This document shows, in pieces, positions 11,095 to 22,418 of a stretch of 64,000 bases of DNA. How positions within the stretch are numbered: the first letter of the stretch is position 1; each line of letters starts with the position of its first letter. Position numbers and translations under genes: made by a program. A model generated the notes under the pieces. It worked only from the letters and a program-made list of their open reading frames with translations. It was not told where the DNA came from and did no database searches. The stretch spans positions 800,001-864,000 of the forward strand of contig CM000207.1 in assembly GCA_000002445.1 (NCBI GenBank), in the 5' to 3' direction. This DNA comes from Trypanosoma brucei (lineage: Eukaryota).

Positions 11095-11674
11095 ACAATC
11101 CCGGTTAACCGGCAATGGGATGGGTGTTGTCGCTAAAGTTGGCGGGGAATAGGGCAATTTGTTCCTCTGAAGGCTACGCCACTAATGAAAAATTTGTTTG
11201 TCTGATTAAGTGGAAAGGCTTCTATTACTATCGTTCTTATCGTCACTGTATACCGTATAGGTTTTTTTTAGTTGGGTTGGATATACTTCCAGGACCTCGT
11301 TGTGGCATTCGTGCATGTGTGTTTAGCTCGGACGCTTATAGTTTGCGTATATAAGTGGCGAAAAGATAGATCTATGTATGAGCACGAACTATGCACGTCA
11401 CCGCAGCCGTCGTTTTTGTTGTTAAGAGCGACGGTGATGTCCATCGCCCCTTGCAGATGCTCGCGAGGCGAGAATTGGTTGGGTAACCTGCCGTTTGGGT
11501 GCACCTCCGAAATAGTTTCGCATAACGGTTCGCGAAGTAAGGCACAACAATATATGTTTTATTTGACTCATCAGTATTCCATTTGTTTCTTCAGTGCTTG
11601 AAGTACTCGTTGGTCGTGAACGTCGTCGCTTTTGTTCTTTTGTACACAGCTGCACTGTTCACATTATAGGAAAG

Positions 11675-13162
11675 ATGATGTCAAAAGCGTCGTATATGAT
11701 GCAGGATCACCTGCGGCGCAACTTTGCGCTCATTACCGACATACACAACCCCAATGTTTTCCTAGTGCGTGGTACGCTCCCTTTTCCTCAGGGGCTAGCA
11801 GTGTTGACGGCTCTATTCCGTGGCAAACTGGCCGCGGATGTGTACAGTCATCCCTACTTCATCGAGAAGCAAAGTGACCCCTCGCAGCCGTCACCACAAC
11901 TGCACCTCACGGAGGAGTGCCAGAGTGTAATGAAAATCATCAAGGGTATGCATTTCATGAACGATACCACGAGTAGGCTTGATAACACCGTTGTGTTCGT
12001 GTCAGACTACGACGTTCAGGTGAAGGCCACTGTGCTCACGTATGCCAGCGAGGAAGATGAAGATGCGCTGTTGAGAGAACAGAAGCGGCTGGAGGGTGAG
12101 AGTGATGAGGAGTGGCAAGGGCGGCTACTACGACAGCGCTGGCAAAGGAGTGCAGCGGGTCGGCGGAAGAGCGGAGGAAACACCGGGTCTTCTTCTTTTG
12201 AGGCTTCCCTTCGACCCTTCACACGACAGAGTCACCATAGTAACGATGGACCAGATGAATTGGGGAAGGCCAAGCGGCTCGTAGAGCGGGAAGGCGCCCA
12301 TACCGTTCTGTACAACCCCATCGATGTCGATCCCAAAACATTTGTAGCAACAATTAACAAACTTAACGACGAAAACCGGGTGGTGAAGACGATAGTCGTA
12401 CCAACCCGACAGGCGTGGGGAAGCGTTCATGCGTGGGCCGAGGCTTTCCCCGACGCAGAAATATTGTGCAGTGGCGAGAAGCCCATTCCCAGCGGTGCTC
12501 AGAACAGGCAGCAGGAGGTCGTTCGCCCGACCGGGGGATGTATGAACATGGGGAACGGCCTGACGGGGCTTTCATTTCCAGAGGTGGACGAGGCGGAGGT
12601 TGCAGTGGGAAGTGCTGTCGATAATGACACTGAGGTGGCCATGGTCGCGGACGATATTAACAACATCTGCCGCCTGTGCTCCAGTCAGCCCGACAGTGTG
12701 AGTTGGCGAGTCGCGGATGAAGAAGTACGGTGCTCATCTCGCGTACAACCACTTGGTACATTAATTCAGAAGCAAATAACTCCCAATATCGAGCTGCTGC
12801 GTGTGGCTGGCGATGACCTGACGAACGAGTATGTTATGTATGACCGCAATAGTGCCAGCCTTGCGTGCACTGACTTATTTCATGGAGAGTACGGTGACCT
12901 GGACCCAGTTAACTCGTGGCTGTGTCGTGTATGGTTTAAATTCATGAAGCAGGGGAATTATAAACGTGTGGACCGCGTACCAGAGTTTAAGTGGCTGCAG
13001 GTGAAGAATCATGGTGATTTGAAAGCAGTCCGTGAGTCAGTGGATATAATCACGAGTATGTTTCCTATGAAGTTTCTATTGTATGCGCACGGTACACCAC
13101 CGCTTGCTGAGAACCCTGCGAATGCCCTGCGTCTCCAGTGGGGTATGCCTCCACTATCTTAG
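11675..13162 (+). CDS. hypothetical protein (about 495 aa)
   Basis: The ORF is co-oriented in the polycistron. The track start 11594 is GTG, and the first ATG is at 11675 (MMSKASYMMQDH...). An acidic/Ser-rich low-complexity stretch lies mid-protein. No domain was recognised. Confidence 0.5.
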   Translation: MMSKASYMMQDHLRRNFALITDIHNPNVFLVRGTLPFPQGLAVLTALFRGKLAADVYSHPYFIEKQSDPSQPSPQLHLTEECQSVMKIIKGMHFMNDTTSRLDNTVVFVSDYDVQVKATVLTYASEEDEDALLREQKRLEGESDEEWQGRLLRQRWQRSAAGRRKSGGNTGSSSFEASLRPFTRQSHHSNDGPDELGKAKRLVEREGAHTVLYNPIDVDPKTFVATINKLNDENRVVKTIVVPTRQAWGSVHAWAEAFPDAEILCSGEKPIPSGAQNRQQEVVRPTGGCMNMGNGLTGLSFPEVDEAEVAVGSAVDNDTEVAMVADDINNICRLCSSQPDSVSWRVADEEVRCSSRVQPLGTLIQKQITPNIELLRVAGDDLTNEYVMYDRNSASLACTDLFHGEYGDLDPVNSWLCRVWFKFMKQGNYKRVDRVPEFKWLQVKNHGDLKAVRESVDIITSMFPMKFLLYAHGTPPLAENPANALRLQWGMPPLS

Positions 13163-13559
13163 GCTCAACCACACGAAGAGAAAAGGAAGTTGTACACAGC
13201 AAAGTAAAGGAAGGGTTGGTGACGGCATATCGGAATATACTTACGGACCCATTTTCTTGCACTCACTCACAGATTAACGGGAACATTTCCTTCCAAATCA
13301 TTGTTTTCATTACCGGGTGGTGGGCACACTACGGGGAGGCCAAGTTCACTTGCTTGCGACGTCGCCCTTCTGTGAAGGGGGCAGACAACCGAGGAACCTA
13401 GAGTTCAAGATGGGAAGCAATTAGCATCAATGCATCCTGTAGTTGTTGCTTACGTGGCGTCTGTGTTGTGCAATATACGCTGGTGTCGGTAAATAATTAC
13501 ATAGGAACGATTTTGTGTGCTTTTTCTTTGTGCGCGTGTCACCTTATATTTACTTGCGT

Positions 13560-13719
13560 GCGTATAGTTGCCTGACTCATTGTCGTCGAATACGCCCTGC
13601 TGTATCTTCACGGGCTTCTCATCTCACATCTTCTTTTCTTCTTGTTGTTTCCCTTTTGCTGTGTTTGTTGCAGATTTTTCTCCGCTTTCAAGGCAATCCA
13701 CTCTTAATCGGCGTCAATC
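13560..13719 (+). promoter_or_regulatory. polypyrimidine tract plus AG (trans-splice acceptor region) of eIF4AI
   Basis: This is about 150 nt of almost pure C/T (cttctcatctcacatcttcttttcttcttgttgtttcccttttgctgtgtttgttgcag) ending in AG about 40 nt before the ATG. Confidence 0.6.
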
Positions 13720-14934
13720 ATGGCCCAACAAGGAAAGGTCGAGCCCCAGGATCAGGATTCCTTCCTGGATGACCAGCCCGGAATTCGCCCCATCCCGTCG
13801 TTCGATGACATGCCGCTCCATCAGAATCTCTTGCGCGGTATTTACTCGCATGGTTTTGAGAAGCCGAGCAGCATCCAGCAGCGTGCCATCGTTCCCTTCA
13901 CCCGCGGTGGTGACATCATTGCCCAGGCGCAGTCGGGAACGGGTAAAACTGGTGCATTCTCCATTGGTTTGTTACAGCGCCTTGACTTCCGCCACAACGT
14001 CCTTCAGGGCCTTGTGCTCTCCCCCACTAGGGAACTTGCAATGCAGACGGCTGAGGTCATCACACGCATTGGTGAGTTCCTCGCTGAAGGCAGCTCATCA
14101 TTTTGTGCAACCTTTGTCGGGGGCACTCGTGTGCAAGACGACTACCGTAAGCTGCAGAGTGGCACCATCGTCGCTGTGGGAACACCCGGTCGTGTGGTGG
14201 ATGTGACGAAACGCGGTGCGATGCGAACGGAGTCACTCCGTGTGCTTGTTCTTGACGAGGCCGATGAGATGCTCTCTCAGGGTTTTGCCGAACAGATTTA
14301 CGATATCTTTCGTTTCCTACCTAAGGAGATTCAGGTAGCCCTGTTCTCTGCTACCATGCCCGATGACGTGCTCGAGCTCACAAAGAAGTTCATGCGCGAC
14401 CCCACTCGTATTCTTGTAAAGCGGGAGAGCCTCACCCTTGAGGGTATCAAGCAGTTCTTCATCGCTGTGGAGGAGGAGCACAAGCTTGATACTCTTATGG
14501 ATTTGTACGAAACCGTGAGCATTGCGCAGAGTGTGATATTCGCTAACACCCGCCGCAAGGTGGACTGGCTCGCCTCTCAGTTGAACAGCAGCAACCACAC
14601 GGTCAGCTGCATGCACTCCGAGATGTCGAAGCAAGAGCGTGAAAAAGTCATGGGTACCTTCCGCAACGGAAGCTCCCGCGTGTTAGTGACGACGGACCTT
14701 GTGGCCCGTGGTATCGATGTGCACCACGTGAACATCGTCATCAACTTCGACCTCCCCACGAACAAAGAAAACTACCTTCACCGTATTGGTCGTGGTGGTC
14801 GGTACGGACGTAAGGGTGTGGCAATCAACTTCGTCACTCAGAAGGATGTGGAGGTCCTGCGGGAGATTGAATCGCATTATCACACGCAAATTGAAGAGCT
14901 TCCAGTTGACTTTGCTGCCTACCTTGGTGAGTAA
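13720..14934 (+). CDS. EIF4A1: eukaryotic initiation factor 4A (DEAD-box RNA helicase), 404 aa
   Basis: All DEAD-box motifs are present: Q-motif region [13 protein letters not shown], motif [19 protein letters not shown] (VLDEADEML), SAT, and HRIGRGGR. The length of 404 aa equals T. brucei eIF4AI. The ATG at 13720 is preceded by a long polypyrimidine tract at 13560-13700 ending in AG. Confidence 0.95.
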   Translation: MAQQGKVEPQDQDSFLDDQPGIRPIPSFDDMPLHQNLLRGIYSHGFEKPSSIQQRAIVPFTRGGDIIAQAQSGTGKTGAFSIGLLQRLDFRHNVLQGLVLSPTRELAMQTAEVITRIGEFLAEGSSSFCATFVGGTRVQDDYRKLQSGTIVAVGTPGRVVDVTKRGAMRTESLRVLVLDEADEMLSQGFAEQIYDIFRFLPKEIQVALFSATMPDDVLELTKKFMRDPTRILVKRESLTLEGIKQFFIAVEEEHKLDTLMDLYETVSIAQSVIFANTRRKVDWLASQLNSSNHTVSCMHSEMSKQEREKVMGTFRNGSSRVLVTTDLVARGIDVHHVNIVINFDLPTNKENYLHRIGRGGRYGRKGVAINFVTQKDVEVLREIESHYHTQIEELPVDFAAYLGE

Positions 14935-15224
14935 CGGGAGGTGTCTGTGCAATGCGGGCATGAAGGGAATCAGCCCTTTATCCCCATTACATCCCTGTCT
15001 TCCTTCTATCCCCACTGCTGTCGCCGTAGACAAGTGGGTGGCGGGACGAGGCGGGGGGCGAGTGAAGGCACAAAAGAGAAGAGGAAGGACCGAAAGAAGG
15101 AAGGAAGGATACAGCAGAGTATGAGGGTACGTAAATAAGTAAATATGGTATGGTTATGTATTTGTGAACAAAAGAAAACAAAAAGAAATGAAGAGGGAGA
15201 AACGAAAAAAAAACCAAGAAAAAA

Positions 15225-15252
15225 CAACAACAACAACAACACACACACACAC
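15225..15252 (+). repeat. (CAA)6(CA)6 microsatellite inside a ~600-bp purine-rich tract
   Basis: aaaaacaacaacaacaacaacacacacacacacg. The surrounding 15130-15700 plus strand is more than 85% A+G. Confidence 0.85.
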
Positions 15253-16815
15253 GAAGGAATACATATGAAGGGGTATGTTGATAAAAGTAAAAGTTGAGTG
15301 AGGGGAAAACAAAGGTAGCTACTGTAAGGAAATAAAATGAGGAAAGGAATAGCAAGAAAACAGGTAAAGAGAAAAAGAGAAAAAGGAATTACTCACTAAT
15401 TTTTTCTACCTATGACATAAAGGGAAGAATGTCCGGTGAAGTGGGTGAGTGGCGCCGAAAAAGAAAAAAAAATCAGCGAAAGCAAAAGAAAAAAGATGAA
15501 GAAGAAAAACGTGAAATTAACAAAAAGGATACAAGTAATAATAATGTAATACGTCTCTTCTTCAAAAAAAAAAACAACTAATTATATGTGGCCGCCAAAC
15601 GAACGGTAATAAACAAGAATAGAAAAAAGGAAAATATTTGAATAACTAAACAATGAAAATAAATTAAGGAACGGGGAGTGTCAAACCGACCTGACAAACC
15701 GTCTGGTGAGGGCTAGGTATATGCAATCACCACCGTCATCGCTGATTCTCAAGTGCATATTCCCAATAGGGCCACACATGCGCTCATGTACGGTCTCCTA
15801 AGGTGTATGTATGTGTGCGTTAGGTGTGTATGAAGCGAGCAAAGAAGAGAGGGGGGTCGAAATGGATGGCTCGGCAAACGGGTCTGCCAACTATTTTCTT
15901 CCCTCTCCCTTGGTTCTATTGCCTTGGTCGTTTTGCCATTTGAAAGACCTCTTCTTTGTTTTTTCTTCCATTGCACCGCGCCCGTCCCCGACGCCACCGG
16001 GTTCCCATTTTTTTTGTAACTGAAAAGAGGGACGGTACTGACACTTGGGGCGAATAACGGACACTAAGCGAACCTCACCCCTGAGTCTTCCCCACAAGGT
16101 GTTGGTTGCCGCGTGTGCGTGTGCGTGTGATTTGTGTGATACAGACATACGGCGCCGAAGTTGGGGGAAAAAAAGAGAAGAAAAGAACTGAGTTTGAAAA
16201 ATGGGTGTTGGGTGCAGCGAATGGGAAAAGGAAAAGAATGAGAGGAGGTGTAACCAATGCCTTTCGTGCGGCAGCGCGGTTGAAGCGTTCATTGCAGCTT
16301 TACGAAATGTTGCCAGCGCAGGGAAATAATTACCCCGAGAAGTGTCGGAAGGTGCATCTTATTGCAGATGTCCCTGAATGAGAAGTGATGAACGGAAATA
16401 AGGCATTGGAGGAGAGGAATAAAATACAAATAAAATCAAAAAAGGCTGAAAAGAAAAAAAAATAAAAGAGACCTAGCGGTATGCAGCTACCACAAATCGG
16501 CGGACACATGCCTCACTCCCGTGGCGAAGCAGAGGGTACGGCACCCAAACTGTAGGAGCTGCGATGTGTCACACTGCTGTGAGTGTCGCGGCGGCAAACG
16601 GCGTGTGCAGACATCACCGTTTCAATGACGTCAAAAAGGCAGTAGCGTTGAACGTGTCTGTGGAATAGAAAATAAAGTAGGCAAATAACTGCTCATACAC
16701 ATGAGGTCAGCCTCGCATCGCACCCCAATTATTCACCCTTTTCCTTTTCTGATTAACCGGTGGACTGAATAGGGCTCGGCCATGTTTGCTGCTTTTGGTG
16801 TTCTTATCTGCAGCG

Positions 16816-16843
16816 CCCCCCCCCCCCCCCACACACACACACC
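16816..16843 (+). repeat. composite microsatellite C15(AC)6
   Basis: gcgccccccccccccccacacacacacaccc, read directly from the sequence. Confidence 0.9.
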
Positions 16844-18043
16844 CGTAGCTCACGCCCTTGTCATTGTTGTCATTTCTTCCATACTCCCGTTTCTTATTTT
16901 CCCTTTACACCGCTGCGCAGTCCGAAAAAGGGAATTAAGGGAAAATATGGTGCCACGCCGAGAGCATAAAGAAGTCACCTCGGCGTTACTCTACTACTTA
17001 ACCCGGCGTGGCCCGCAAATGGTGATGCCCTTCCATCATTTGCCGCAGTAACTTTTTTCCAGTGCAAACTCACAAGACATGCATTTGGAACATATTGGCG
17101 CTGGGGATGTCAGGTGCCAACAGGGGTACTCTGTTTAATTGACGGTCAATAGCAGACAGCGTTTGTGTGATCTCCCTTTACCAGGCTGCAGATCCGTAGG
17201 GGTTGCCGAGTGGGAAGCCATCCGTTACGTTCCTGTCCCATTCCTCTCTTCCTCACACATGATGGTCGCAGCTGCCTGTAGGTATAATGTATTACCTATG
17301 GGTACAGTGAGCATTTGTTTGGAATAAAATGCCTTTTGCGACCATACAACAACCTACGCGTAATCGGCTACACTTATGCCTGAGCTGGTCGTGCGTAGGT
17401 CGCGTGTCTTGAAGGATGGTGCTGCAGGCGCTTTCATGAATGCGGGGCGTTTAAGTTTTCACACTCCCGAAGGGCGGGATTATCGATACGAAGCGTAACA
17501 TCTAGCTCTGAAAATGCGACCTAATCCCTATGCTCAGTCCGACAAACTCCCGAAAAAGTCTATCGTGCACGAGAAAGTCGAAAGGCCACCTATAATGGCT
17601 ACCAACCGTCACTCCCCTCACGGGGCGGGGGCTCAGATTATGATAAACATCTCGAGGAGGGGCCGGAAGCGGTGAACTTTGCACGTGGCTAGGTGCGAGA
17701 ACACGTTTGAATTCTTCACGAGGTCACTAGTTTGTAATATGGGGGAACGAATCACTCATATGGTTGTTACAACGCTATGCAGCTTGAGTGCTCATTTCTT
17801 CGTTTGTATGTACCAGATGTTATGTGAGAGACCAGCTTTTCAACTGTTTCTCAAATAATTGACGGACCTTCGTGAGCGATTGTACTTTTTTTTTTTCCAC
17901 CGTTTCGATGCTATTTTTTGTCCTTTCCCCCTTTTTGAACGCCAACTTTTAGTGAAATTAGTTGTACTTACTGTTGCATCAGGCGGCAGCAACCTAGATT
18001 GGATCGGACGAATCACATTGGCACCGAGTACTACCCCCCACTG

Positions 18044-19096
18044 ATGCTCTCCGGTGTGTATGGTCCGCAAGCCGAAGGGGCACGCCAAATGTTAGCGACT
18101 TTGGGATACGATAATCCCTCATCCGAGGACATCGCACTCACGCTACAGCAAATGGGTGAGGCTCGGGCTCTTAGAACGCAACATGTCTCAACACAGCGGG
18201 GCACTCCCGATCAAACTGGCGTCTCACCCCCGCGCGGGGCATACGACACCACGATGAGCCCGCGGAACAGCGGTCAATCACCGGTAGGACGTGGTGGTGT
18301 ACTGAAGGGCACCACCGCAACACCAGATGATGTGCGGCACGTGCGGGCAAAACCGCCACCGGTGGATTTCCGCGACTGCTTCGATTATCGCATGCACGAA
18401 CGAGCACCTGGGCGAGTGTCCGTGGGAGGTATCCTGAAACGTGGCGGTGGTGAGAGGTCTAACAGGCGGTACGTTGACCCCGTCGACGGGCCGATTGCCG
18501 GTACCGTAGGGAAGGACCCATGGGGTCGTCTTCGCTTTGTGTCGACGGGAGATCGTATAACTCCTGAAGACCGCATAGAGCAGCACCTCCGACAACACGA
18601 AAAGGGACTCAGCGCCCCACTCGGGGGGAGACGCACCAGTGAAACTAGGGAATACCCCGCTAGAAAGGGGAGGAGGAACAACGTCAGTAGGGGGCAAGAC
18701 GAAGAGGACGAGTATTCTGACTACGTAGATGACTACTATGATGACGAGGGTTTCGGAGGAAATCTGGAGATGTTCTACGGTGGCCGTCCGCCCACTGCAG
18801 TAACACCCTCCATGACACTACGGCTCGGTAACAAGTTTGCACTTGATCAACGAAGCGCAAACACGATGTACAACTTTACTGGCGATAGTCGGTACAAGTA
18901 CCGTAGTGGGCCCGGGGCACCTTTGTCCACTGTGTTGGGACCAAATGGGTCAACACTACGGAACCGTGCGGATCCGGTGCGACGGGGGCAGGAAATGCGT
19001 GAATTGTGGAAAAAGGATAGCTTCCTCGCCCAGCATGGCAGGAAAGAGGATCGCTGGAGGGTAAGGCAGACCATGCTAAGCCGCAGCCTCCAATGA
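18044..19096 (+). CDS. hypothetical basic Arg/Gly-rich protein with an acidic Tyr/Asp/Glu cluster (about 350 aa)
   Basis: The track start 17999 is TTG and the first ATG is at 18044, downstream of a T-rich tract at 17880-17940. The protein is low-complexity with RG/RGG-like stretches and EDEYSDYVDDYYDDEGFGG. This could be an RNA-binding-like protein, but no defined domain was seen. Confidence 0.5.
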   Translation: MLSGVYGPQAEGARQMLATLGYDNPSSEDIALTLQQMGEARALRTQHVSTQRGTPDQTGVSPPRGAYDTTMSPRNSGQSPVGRGGVLKGTTATPDDVRHVRAKPPPVDFRDCFDYRMHERAPGRVSVGGILKRGGGERSNRRYVDPVDGPIAGTVGKDPWGRLRFVSTGDRITPEDRIEQHLRQHEKGLSAPLGGRRTSETREYPARKGRRNNVSRGQDEEDEYSDYVDDYYDDEGFGGNLEMFYGGRPPTAVTPSMTLRLGNKFALDQRSANTMYNFTGDSRYKYRSGPGAPLSTVLGPNGSTLRNRADPVRRGQEMRELWKKDSFLAQHGRKEDRWRVRQTMLSRSLQ

Positions 19097-20717
19097 GGCC
19101 GTATCGTTCTTTATTCTTGGAGTGGCTTGGTTCTTTTCCTTGTTAGTAAGATCAAAGGTGGGAACCACATCCCTCAGATGAAAAGCGGCGGAGGGAGGGA
19201 GAAAGGTGAACGAGTGGAGGGGAAACTTGGGGAGGAGTGGGCGTCCGTTCTAATTGCTGCTATGTAATAGAAGTATCCGGTACGTATTATTCATGTGTTC
19301 TTGTTTGTGGGTATCCACATTTTTCTTTGGTGCAGATACTTTTCCATCATGATTCCCTGTTTAAAAAGGAGAAACTGCAGGTTCGTTTATGATGTCCACG
19401 CCTGTTAGGCCTGGGAAATTCGACCTCACTGCTTTCCCTTATCACCACTTTGCTCGTTTTCCCGTGCATCTCCCCGTTCCCACGGTGATGGGGGAAAATG
19501 AGTGTACACAAGACGACTGTCAGTAAAGTTTAACAACAGACAAAGCCGAAGTGGGCTTACCTTAGGGAAATCAAGGGACAGCGTTCGACCCAGTAATGGC
19601 ATGCCCCTTTACAACTGCAGTGCGGGTGGTACTTTGCGTCGCTGTACTCAAAATTCTGTGCGACGCCATTAATTTCCGCCGCTTCATTCGGGCACGGGTC
19701 ACGTACGGTGGGGAAGGTGAAAGGGCTTCGAACTTCAACTAATGCCACCTAACATACTCGCGACGCATGCATAAGTACTAAAAGACAAACGAACGGCCGC
19801 CCCCGCAGGTTTGTCATTAGTGTTGCAATTATCGATTCTCCACCCCCACGGAAGCGCACAGATGCACACAAGCAGGCAGAGATACACAAGTACAAACGCG
19901 GTTGTATGTGTGTGCAGGTGATGAACTTCCCCTTTGCGTGCGCCGGCTCCACGAGGGCTATGAGCAACTGACTAGCGGAATGTGATTTCCGCTTTTTTTT
20001 TTCCAAGATGTTGGAGTGCCACCTCCACATCAGTAGAGGCAATGTATATATATATATATATACATTGGCAGCATCCCGTTCATTCACATCCTTATTAACG
20101 TGCGCGCTAGATACGCGGTGGAGGGGAGGCAAGAAAGTGTTTATGGGAGTTATGCACTGAGGGGCAACTATCTTATCAAACCTGCCGCCTCCCTCCCCCC
20201 CCCCACGGCAAAACCGCACATAGCATTAGGTTATTATTATGTCCTTTTGGGGCATTATTATCGTTTTTTTTCTTTTACTTGTCTTCCAGCGTTTGTTATA
20301 ACTGATGGCATCGTGCACAATAAAATGTTTCACCTTTCTTGTGTTGTTGCGCGCGCACGTGTGCATGCGATCACCTCTTTCCCAGTAATGACAGTAGTGC
20401 CCCTTATTCATCAATTAATGAGTTGTTGTGCCGCAATGTGGAACTGTGTGAATCCATGAACGACTCTTCATGCTTGCAGACCGCATTATCGGGAGGGTTC
20501 TATCAGTTGTCCTTTTTCTCATGGTTACACATATCTTTTCTATATCTTCTTCCCCATTCGATGAAAGTACGAAAAGGAACCCCTCGGCACGGGATCTCGG
20601 AGGGGTATGTGGTGTGCACACGTTACGCATACATATATACTTGTATGTATGTATTTATTTGTTTTGCGTTTACCCCTTCCCCACTGCATTGACTTCTAGT
20701 ATATGTTTTCCTTGAGA

Positions 20718-20752
20718 GGGGGGGGGGGTTGATATATATATATATTTTTTTT
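20718..20752 (+). repeat. composite G11-(AT)7-T8 tract
   Basis: gagagggggggggggttgatatatatatatatttttttt. Together with (TA)10 at 20044-20062 and C10 at 20195-20204, it lies in the same 2 kb intergenic region. Confidence 0.9.
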
Positions 20753-21135
20753 CTTTTCCTTTCTATGAGGCAAGTGGCCCTTATTTGTTGGAGGGTGATG
20801 AAACCTTGAGGTAAAGGGGGAAGTGACCACTTGGGGCTAACAACTGACGACAGGAGGAGCGGTGGTAATCACCATGGCGTGAGCGAAGTTATTGGAAATA
20901 CCCTTTTATTAACACGGTGACTACATTAATTCTCTGCAGTGTTTTGTTGCCACGCAGATCAACCATGTTGCAATGGGCATGGTCCCGTCAGTCCCTGGAT
21001 ATGTGCAAAAAAAAACAAATGCGTATACATACGTATATCTATGTGTATGCGTGTGCAATTACACGTCCCCTTCGTTTCTTCACACCAAACTCTTAATGTT
21101 TCACAAGTGGTGAAAGCGGACCTCACGTGGAGGGA

Positions 21136-22032
21136 ATGAGACACGTGGGCTTTGCTCATCACACGCGGTTGAACCGCATTGGTAGGTGTGCTTTTCCTTT
21201 GATATTCCAGCACATACATCACTTCCCCATGGTGTTGATGGCGCCGTCAGCCGCTTTGCGATCCTATGTCACTAGTGAAATACCGCAACACGTAGCGGGT
21301 CTTGAGGAGATGCTGCCGAATTCGCTTCGTTGTCCAGAGTGTGGAAAACATTTTATGAGCGCCACAAACCTACTCTACCACCGTCGCACTCGTCACATGA
21401 TCACCATAATCTCCTCCGCGCAGGAGCAGCTGGATCGCTTAAGAGAAGAGAATGCGAGACTGCGAGCAGAGCTTCAGCAGGCGCACATGCAACATCGGCA
21501 AACGACCCCCAATCAGCAGCCCATGAGTGGGACAACCGCTGGAGAACTTGACAAAACTCAACGCATTTTCCCGGCCGCCGTTCCAGAAGGGAAGGCACTG
21601 GGAATTAGTATGGCGGAGGTTCACAATCTTCGGGAGCATCCTTTCAGGGTGGGAACGGGATGTTCAGGGGTTCGCTGCGTTGGCGTCGTTTCGGACGACG
21701 TTGAAGTGGGTCACTTGGGAAGACATGAGGGCGGGACTGAGAGCGGGTTGGAGGTTTTACAGTTTACCCTCAAGTTGGAGGGATACCGCCAGCGGCGTAC
21801 TGGCCGCTTAATGATGTACAATAACCTTGTCACAGTGCGCCTGATGTCACCACAGTACAGGGTTGAGAAGGGTGATGTTGTGCTTGTTATAGGGAACTAT
21901 GGTTTGCATAGGTCGTTTGACCTGATATCTAAGCAATCAATGGAGAATTGTGTCTTGGAGGCGGGGTACATCGGGCTGTTGAAACGAGGCAGCCAGGCGG
22001 GTAATTCGGAGTACACGCGGGAGGACGTTTAG
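21136..22032 (+). CDS. C2H2 zinc-finger protein with a coiled-coil segment (about 298 aa)
   Basis: A single canonical C2H2 finger, CPECGKHFMSATNLLYHRRTRH, is followed by a heptad-like QEQLDRLREENARLRAELQQA. The track start 21127 is GTG and the first ATG is at 21136. An alternative later Met (MVLMAPS...) is possible. Confidence 0.55.
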   Translation: MRHVGFAHHTRLNRIGRCAFPLIFQHIHHFPMVLMAPSAALRSYVTSEIPQHVAGLEEMLPNSLRCPECGKHFMSATNLLYHRRTRHMITIISSAQEQLDRLREENARLRAELQQAHMQHRQTTPNQQPMSGTTAGELDKTQRIFPAAVPEGKALGISMAEVHNLREHPFRVGTGCSGVRCVGVVSDDVEVGHLGRHEGGTESGLEVLQFTLKLEGYRQRRTGRLMMYNNLVTVRLMSPQYRVEKGDVVLVIGNYGLHRSFDLISKQSMENCVLEAGYIGLLKRGSQAGNSEYTREDV

Positions 22033-22418
22033 GCATTCTAGCCATGACCTTCACAAAGCATTTTTTTTTGACTTGTATTATTCCCCACATGATGCTACGG
22101 TAATGTTGTGAGAACAATGTTTCGGGTGGGAGACGGGGGAGCCAAATTACATTTACAGCAACCGTGACACCAGATATTATTGTTATTACTATCCCCAGCG
22201 GTGCGTTGACTCTCTGCTGTTGTAAACGACGCGCGTGACACTCCCTATTCGCGAATCAAGCAAGTCATGTTCTCTTTTCCTTTTCCCTTTTTTACACATT
22301 GTTGTTTAATTATCCATTTACTCCTTCTCTCTCCCCGTATATTCCCTTTTACCGCCGCCGTAAGCGGTAAACCGCAAGCGAACTGTAGGTATTCACCGCA
22401 GCGTGAAAGGGGAATCAG

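Noticed and set aside
13568-14206. 212-aa plus-strand ORF overlapping the eIF4AI start in another frame
   Set aside because: It is out of frame with an unambiguous DEAD-box helicase and begins within the polypyrimidine splice-acceptor tract. Its Ser/Cys-rich low-complexity translation is typical of a frame artefact.
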